Assembly: GCA_964361725.1 (NCBI GenBank)
Contig: CAYIBV010000001.1
Coordinates: forward strand, 1 to 38,549
DNA: 38,549 nt
Direction of reading: 5' to 3'
Source of the DNA: an uncultured Methanosarcinales archaeon
GTDB lineage: Archaea; Nanobdellota; Nanobdellia; Woesearchaeales; GW2011-AR9
Shown here: in pieces, positions 33,744 through 38,549 of the stretch
How the letters are laid out: every line of letters begins with the position of its first letter
Numbering within the stretch: the stretch's first letter is position 1
Made by a program: the position numbers and the translations under genes
Notes under the pieces: generated by a model
What the model was told of the DNA's origin: nothing
Database searches by the model: none
The model's input: the letters and a program-made list of their open reading frames with translations, nothing else

Positions 33744-33945
33744 GTAACCACACTCTTCCTGTACACCTGAAAAACGTTCCCGTTAATAAATTTAACCTTT
33801 AAAAATGGTATGACATAATCAAATATACTTCAGTAACCAAAACTGTTATTTACAAAAACTATCACAAAATATTTATAACTATCACTACTTTTTATTAGTA
33901 ATAATGACAAATTAAAAGCTTAGGCTCTACCCCTATCTAAACAAA

Positions 33946-34413
33946 ATGACGAATGAAATGCAAATAAAACCTGGCTTTGAGCCTATATATTGGTTACGAG
34001 AAGTGAATTATGACCAATGGGGTGTACATAAACGCTTTGGGAAAATCGTGAAAATAGTTTCGGGAACTGTTCTCTATGGTTGGCCTCTCTTCGATGATGT
34101 GGCTATTATTCCCAAAACAGAAGTAAGAACTCCCACTCTTAGGACAACAATAAAGAGTGAGAGCGGAACATCAGTCAAAATGGATTGGGAGTTCTCTTTT
34201 AGAGTAACAAATGCTCGTAAGTTCATGGAAGAGGCGCCAGTGTTGTATCAATCGTACACCATTACAGACGCGGTGAGAATCATCAAAGAAGTTATAAGAG
34301 ATTATGAGGAAGATAATTTGTTACAGAAACTTTACAGACAACTGGAAGACGAAGTTACATTAAAAATATCCCCACAATCAAGAGCTATGGGATGGAAACA
34401 AAATTGTGGTTAA
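33946..34413 (+). CDS. SPFH/band-7-like domain protein lacking a TM anchor
   Basis: WLREVNYDQWGVHKRFGKIVKIVSGTVLYGWPLFDDVAIIPKTEVRT follows the SPFH N-terminal pattern (GVv.rfGk...pG.....P..d.v..v..r). Confidence 0.45.
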   Translation: MTNEMQIKPGFEPIYWLREVNYDQWGVHKRFGKIVKIVSGTVLYGWPLFDDVAIIPKTEVRTPTLRTTIKSESGTSVKMDWEFSFRVTNARKFMEEAPVLYQSYTITDAVRIIKEVIRDYEEDNLLQKLYRQLEDEVTLKISPQSRAMGWKQNCG

Positions 34414-34551
34414 TGGATGTAGAAATTTTGCCAAACTCAAAATAAGTAGACACAGATCAAAATAAATATGGCAATAAAAACGTTCTTACGTTGATCTTTC
34501 ATGTCCCCACAACACATTTTAAGCGGTAATTCCATACCCTCTTCGACACGC

Positions 34552-34567
34552 AAAAGATTTATAAATA
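34552..34567 (+). promoter_or_regulatory. BRE/TATA promoter of the r-protein cluster
   Basis: AAAAGATTTATAAATA lies about 28 nt upstream of the ATG at 34589. Confidence 0.5.
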
Positions 34568-34588
34568 CCCTGCCTTCCTGAGCTTAAC

Positions 34589-35038
34589 ATGACAAATATC
34601 CTCAGAGTCAATCCCCAGAATCTTATCGTAAAAGCGGCAGATGAGCTCAAAAAACAAAAACTCGTTCAGCCATTGCCCTGGTCAAAATTCGTTAAAACGG
34701 GCGCCCATCGGGAACGCCTGCCCGATGATCAAGATTGGTGGTACACTCGTGCTGCAGCAATTTTACGCAGCGTGGCAAAACTTGGCCCTGTGGGAACACA
34801 AAAATTACGCACGAAATTTGGCGGGAAAAAAATGCGCGGTTATAAACCCGCAGAATTCGCTAAAGGTTCTGGCTCCATTATCCGCAAAATCATGCAGCAA
34901 CTAGAATCCGCTGGTCTTATCGCACAAGCATCCAAAGGCGTACATAAAGGCCGCATCCTCAGTGCTAAAGGAACTTCTTTCTTAGATAAAATCGCTATCG
35001 ACATCGCAAAACAAGCACACAAAGAAAAAGCACAATAA
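34589..35038 (+). CDS. rps19e: ribosomal protein S19e
   Basis: VKTGAHRERLPDDQDWWYTRAAAILR and GSGSIIRKIMQQLE are typical eS19 blocks. Confidence 0.88.
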   Translation: MTNILRVNPQNLIVKAADELKKQKLVQPLPWSKFVKTGAHRERLPDDQDWWYTRAAAILRSVAKLGPVGTQKLRTKFGGKKMRGYKPAEFAKGSGSIIRKIMQQLESAGLIAQASKGVHKGRILSAKGTSFLDKIAIDIAKQAHKEKAQ

Positions 35039-35039
35039 C

Positions 35040-35213
35040 ATGGCAACATTCAAATCACCAGCTAAAAAGAAACGTCTTATCAAAAAAGCGTCGCAGACCA
35101 AATGGGCCCCATTTTGGACCGTCTTTAAAGTATACGGCAAAGGGCGACGCGTTCATCCATCCCGCCACACCGAAGTCAAACGAAGCTGGCGAAGGACAAC
35201 CATCAAAGCATAA
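35040..35213 (+). CDS. rpl39e: ribosomal protein L39e (57 aa, below the ORF-track cutoff)
   Basis: Translates MATFKSPAKKKRLIKKASQTKWAPFWTVFKVYGKGRRVHPSRHTEVKRSWRRTTIKA. It starts 1 nt after the S19e stop. Archaeal gene order places it between S19e and L31e. Confidence 0.8.
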   Translation: MATFKSPAKKKRLIKKASQTKWAPFWTVFKVYGKGRRVHPSRHTEVKRSWRRTTIKA

Positions 35214-35239
35214 ATGCATAAATCTGTATAAATTAAACC

Positions 35240-35644
35240 ATGGCAAAAGCACAACCTAAAACTCTGGAACGGACATATAATATTCCCCTTCGTAAAGAAT
35301 ACATGAAAGCCCCCCGCTGGAAGCGCACAAAGAAAGCGGTCAATGCCATTCGTGAATTCCTCATCAAACACATGAAATCACCCACCGTTAAGCTGGGAAA
35401 AGAACTCAACCTGAAAATGTGGCAGCATGGCATCCGCAATCCTCCTCATCATATTAAAGTTACTGCCCTCAAAGATGAAAAAGGCATCGTGATGGCCAAC
35501 CTCTTTGGGGTAGAAGCGCCGAAAAAAAAACAAAAGACTGCAGTAAAAGAAAAACAGAAAGAAGAAGCAAAACAGGAACAAGCACCGGCAGAAACAGCAG
35601 AAGAGAAACCTGCTCAGAAAATAAAAGCAGAAAAACAAGAATAA
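35240..35644 (+). CDS. rpl31e: ribosomal protein L31e with Lys/Glu-rich C-terminal extension
   Basis: ERTYNIPLRKEYMKAPRWKRTKKAVNAIREFL...MWQHGIRNPPHHIKV matches eL31. The tail is KKKQKTAVKEKQKEEAKQEQ.... Confidence 0.88.
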   Translation: MAKAQPKTLERTYNIPLRKEYMKAPRWKRTKKAVNAIREFLIKHMKSPTVKLGKELNLKMWQHGIRNPPHHIKVTALKDEKGIVMANLFGVEAPKKKQKTAVKEKQKEEAKQEQAPAETAEEKPAQKIKAEKQE

Positions 35645-35781
35645 TTATTGAGAGAACTTTGCCAAAATGTTGCAACAGCAACATAAGAAAGCAATGCTTT
35701 CTGTAAACAGGAATTTCACAAAGTTTTCTTTAAACATTCTTTGAGGATACTTTTTTAAACAGCGTAGATTCTTGTCAGGGC

Positions 35782-36714
35782 ATGACACAGATATTCATCA
35801 AAAAAGACGTCACCGGTTCCTTCGGCAAGCCGCCTGAACAACGCACTGTAGAAGAGCTTCTGCAATGCAGTATCATTAACATCGACAAACCGAAAGGGCC
35901 AACATCTCATCAGGTTTCTGATTACGTCAAAAGAATCCTCCATACCAAAAAAGCCGGCCATTCCGGCACGCTTGATCCCGGCGTAACCGGCGTACAGCCT
36001 GTCGCTATCGGCAGAGCGACACGAATTACTCAACACCTTCTCACTGCTCCTAAAGAATATATCTGCCTGATGCACCTGCATAAAGACTTCCCGGAACAGG
36101 CCATTCAGCAGGCTGTGCAGAAATTCATTGGAAAGATTAAACAACTTCCCCCCATTAAAAGCGCTGTCAAGCGGCAGATACGGGAACGGGAGATTTATGA
36201 GCTGGAAATTCTGGAAATCAAAGGACGAGAAGTCCTCTACCGCGTTAAATGCCAGGCAGGAACGTATATAAGGAAGCTGTGTCATGATCTTGGCCAGACA
36301 CTTGGAGGAGGCGCCCACATGGTTGAACTACGTCGCACTCAGGCTGGCCCTTTTACGGAACGTGATACGTTAGTAACTCTCAACGCATTATATGATGGCT
36401 ATCACTTCCATACTCAGGAACAGAACTCTAAACTTCTCATGCACTGCCTGCAGCCTATTGAGAACGCCATTTCACTCTTTTCCAAATGCTGGATTCTCGA
36501 TACCACCATTCAAAGCGTTACTCATGGCAGAGATGTAGCCCTTCCCGGCATTAGTAAATGTGAAAACTTTCACAAAGGAGAGACCGTTGCCGTGATGACG
36601 TTAAATAATGAACTGGTAGCCATGGGAGAGGCATTGCTCTCGGCAGAAGAAGTAGATAAATTAGAGAAAGGTCTTGCCATAAAAGTAGAGAAAGTGTTTA
36701 TGGAACAATTATAA
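35782..36714 (+). CDS. cbf5: Cbf5 / tRNA pseudouridine synthase B (H/ACA RNP catalytic subunit)
   Basis: KPKGPTSHQV and KKAGHSGTLDPGVTGV (the TruB catalytic Asp motif), plus a C-terminal PUA-like segment. A TTTTTTAAAC box lies about 27 nt upstream. Confidence 0.88.
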   Translation: MTQIFIKKDVTGSFGKPPEQRTVEELLQCSIINIDKPKGPTSHQVSDYVKRILHTKKAGHSGTLDPGVTGVQPVAIGRATRITQHLLTAPKEYICLMHLHKDFPEQAIQQAVQKFIGKIKQLPPIKSAVKRQIREREIYELEILEIKGREVLYRVKCQAGTYIRKLCHDLGQTLGGGAHMVELRRTQAGPFTERDTLVTLNALYDGYHFHTQEQNSKLLMHCLQPIENAISLFSKCWILDTTIQSVTHGRDVALPGISKCENFHKGETVAVMTLNNELVAMGEALLSAEEVDKLEKGLAIKVEKVFMEQL

Positions 36715-36718
36715 CAAC

Positions 36719-37315
36719 TCACTTCACCTCAATGACCATCCCTTCCCATCCCGGATTAGCTAACTGCGTCTTGCCAATATGATCCACCGCTCCTACGGTT
36801 TCGTGTAAATGCCCGGAAATCACCACCCTCGGCGTAATACGCTCAATAAATTTACGATAATCTTTATTCCCCACATGGCCCATGGGTAATGCATCTAATG
36901 TTGTCCCATATGCTGGCCCATGAGTCATGAAAATAATCTTTTTCCCATTATACATCCCATACCACTCCCGGGCAATCTTCCTAAACTGGACATCCTCCGT
37001 CGTAAACCCGCCGCCACCATATCCACAGAGAATATAATCACCCACTTTGATTGCTTTCTGATGCACACTCACACAATAGGGATATTCTTTAACGATACTT
37101 TCAAACTTATCACCCTCTTCATGGTTTCCGGGAATGACATACATTTTCTTCCCCAGTTCATTAAACAGACGCAATACATATTTCATGCCCCGGCCAAACG
37201 AAGAAAAATCACCGACACATAGTACAAAATCAATATCCGGCCTCTTGGCTCGTTCTACTAATTCCAGAATAAACTTCTTCTGTTCATGCACGTCCGAAAA
37301 TGCCAGAAATTTCAT
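36719..37315 (-). CDS. calcineurin-like metallophosphoesterase
   Basis: Motifs SDVHE, GDFSSFG, GNHE and GHLHE occur in canonical order. Confidence 0.75.
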   Translation of the reverse strand: MKFLAFSDVHEQKKFILELVERAKRPDIDFVLCVGDFSSFGRGMKYVLRLFNELGKKMYVIPGNHEEGDKFESIVKEYPYCVSVHQKAIKVGDYILCGYGGGGFTTEDVQFRKIAREWYGMYNGKKIIFMTHGPAYGTTLDALPMGHVGNKDYRKFIERITPRVVISGHLHETVGAVDHIGKTQLANPGWEGMVIEVK

Positions 37316-37323
37316 TCCTAGAA

Positions 37324-38046
37324 CTATGCCACAATGGGTCCTTCTACTTCTACTTCTTCCTCATCCGCTGCATTTTCCTCTTCCAGAGGTTCTTCCACAG
37401 ATGGTTCTTCGCTCTCCTGCACCTGTAGTATTTCTTCTGCCGGAGGTGGCACTTCTTTCTCTCCCAGCAATTTCATCACACGAATAGAGACATCTTTCAC
37501 GGGGGTGATTTTTCCCAGTCTCTTGCGCAACATTCCCTGTAATTTCTGCCCCACGATGTCCATAATAACTGCATCATACACAGCGTTGCGCACCTCTTCT
37601 GACACCATTGCTTTGAACTGCAGCCGCAACTGTCCCTGCACAGAACGCGGTTCAGAGAATGCTGTTATCATTAATGTCTTAAATAACAATTCTTTCCCAT
37701 CTTTAGTCACACAGGTAAAATAATCATCTAACCGCTCCGTATCTTTGCGCACTAATCGTTTCACAAAAGAAGGAGTCAATTCATAACCCATAATTGAGGT
37801 ATGCAGAGCGCTTCCTTCTGTCGCCGTAATTTTAAAGCGGATGTAAGCGTTCTGATCACGCATATTTCCCGTCAAATCACGCAGATTGACCAGTAAAGTT
37901 CTTCCTTTTGCCGTATCAGCATGGGTCAAGAATGATTCTCCTAACTCTTTCATCCCAAATAACTTTGGGGCAAGGATTCGAAACCATAACTTCTTCTTTC
38001 CTTTGATTCTACTAACCTTTTTTGGATCTTTTGCTTGTTGTGCCAT
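37324..38046 (-). CDS. rps3ae: ribosomal protein S3Ae (eS1) with acidic C-terminal tail
   Basis: KKKLWFRILAPKLFG...NLRDLTG...YIRFKI is typical eS1. The tail is QESEEPSVEEPLEEENAADEEEVEVE. Confidence 0.85.
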   Translation of the reverse strand: MAQQAKDPKKVSRIKGKKKLWFRILAPKLFGMKELGESFLTHADTAKGRTLLVNLRDLTGNMRDQNAYIRFKITATEGSALHTSIMGYELTPSFVKRLVRKDTERLDDYFTCVTKDGKELLFKTLMITAFSEPRSVQGQLRLQFKAMVSEEVRNAVYDAVIMDIVGQKLQGMLRKRLGKITPVKDVSIRVMKLLGEKEVPPPAEEILQVQESEEPSVEEPLEEENAADEEEVEVEGPIVA

Positions 38047-38083
38047 AGTATTGTATTAAGCCCGGATTTGTGATTAAGATACA

Positions 38084-38132
38084 AGAAAATTTCGCTTGGT
38101 TAATAGTCCCGCTTTTTAGGGCGAAATTTTCT
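38084..38132. repeat. stem-loop element family, copy C (diverged, opposite loop orientation)
   Basis: 12-bp stem AGAAAATTTCGC/GCGAAATTTTCT shares AAAATTTCGC with copy B. The reverse complement of the loop, CCTAAAAAGCGGGACTATTAACCAA, resembles the copy A loop. Confidence 0.45.
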
Positions 38133-38436
38133 GTTCAAGAAAGACGTAATCTTTCTGAACCGGAAAACTTTGTTTTCCGTGTTCCAAAAATCAGAGCAGA
38201 GGGATTTTTGTTACCCTATAAGCTCAGCAATGAAGCCTATTTAAAAACTTTTGGTTTTTTTAGTTGAGGATAATAGTTTCTCTTTTCCAAAGAAGAACCA
38301 AACTGAAGTGCCGACTCGACCACCGCTTTTCTTTTTAATAGCCCTACTACATTTCCAAGCTGAATAATATCTGGATGAAGGAAGCACTTCTATAAAAAGT
38401 TAGTGCTTTACAGGGCTAATATGAAGCACAATTTCC

Positions 38437-38452
38437 CAAAAAGTTTAAATTT
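38437..38452 (+). promoter_or_regulatory. BRE/TATA promoter
   Basis: CAAAAAGTTTAAATTT lies about 28 nt upstream of the ATG at 38474. Confidence 0.45.
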
Positions 38453-38473
38453 CATAGCAGTTATACCCCTCTC

Positions 38474-38549
38474 ATGTGCCGTATGCTCCTTGCTTTAGGA
38501 ACTATTGATGCCGCCCCCCTTATCGAGGGCGCTATTCTCATGGCTAAAG
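38474..38549 (+). CDS. class II (Ntn) glutamine amidotransferase-like protein, N-terminal fragment
   Basis: Begins MCRMLLALGT.... Met-Cys at the N-terminus with this context is typical of Ntn-type amidotransferases. Only 25 codons fall in the window. Confidence 0.35.
   Translation, partial: MCRMLLALGTIDAAPLIEGAILMAK

Noticed and set aside
35645-35781. Possible H/ACA guide RNA immediately upstream of cbf5 (two 7-bp hairpins and ACA triplets)
   Set aside because: The hairpins ATGTTGC/GCAACAT and AGAAAGC/GCTTTCT have 3-4-nt loops. They have no pseudouridylation pocket or K-turn. They look like L31e 3'-end stems.
35755-36318. 187-aa minus-strand ORF
   Set aside because: It is antisense to cbf5, which carries unambiguous TruB motifs.
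38070-38267. 65-aa plus-strand ORF
   Set aside because: It spans the stem-loop element copy C and two further hairpins. It has no promoter spacing or SD, so it is more likely non-coding.
1-38549. CRISPR arrays or rRNA genes
   Set aside because: There are no regularly spaced direct repeats and no rRNA-like conserved stretches anywhere in the window. The repeats present are isolated inverted repeats.

Overview
This is an archaeal chromosomal window. The housekeeping anchors are a MetAP 3' fragment, HisRS, thermosome, ribosomal proteins L35Ae, S19e, L39e, L31e and S3Ae, Cbf5, and a presenilin-type intramembrane protease. Most first genes carry an AAAnnTTTATAAA-type BRE/TATA box about 25-30 nt upstream of the ATG, so they are leaderless or nearly so. 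Internal operon genes instead use GGAG-type SD sites and ATGA/TGATG start-stop overlaps. Several features are absent from the ORF track: two divergent, intron-containing tRNA-His(GUG) genes on the minus strand, the L39e gene, and small ORFs at 7305-7469 and 26676-26825. One tRNA-His (10900-11045) has a T-loop intron. The other (10519-10687) has a canonical 37/38 intron plus an insert in the D-arm. The accessory part of the window (about 17.7-32.4 kb) holds two gene sets. (i) Two paralogous pairs, each a long coiled-coil protein plus a J-domain or J-like coiled-coil protein, flank an oppositely oriented HerA-type ATPase. (ii) An operon encodes a polytopic membrane/zinc-ribbon protein, helical proteins and cysteine-repeat surface proteins. 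Its terminal two-gene cassette (Cys-repeat membrane protein plus small helical partner) is duplicated, and the copies are separated by an MNT/HepT toxin-antitoxin pair bounded by roughly 30-bp direct repeats. A VapBC pair follows. I regard (i) and (ii) as the candidate undescribed system(s), but no function can be assigned from sequence alone. Other notable items are a CDP-alcohol phosphatidyltransferase/lipid-kinase fusion, a circularly permuted ATP-grasp cluster next to a tandem Lrp/AsnC regulator, and a recurring intergenic stem-loop element family. I saw no CRISPR array, rRNA, transposase or integrase. All protein calls rest on motifs read by eye, and no database search was possible.
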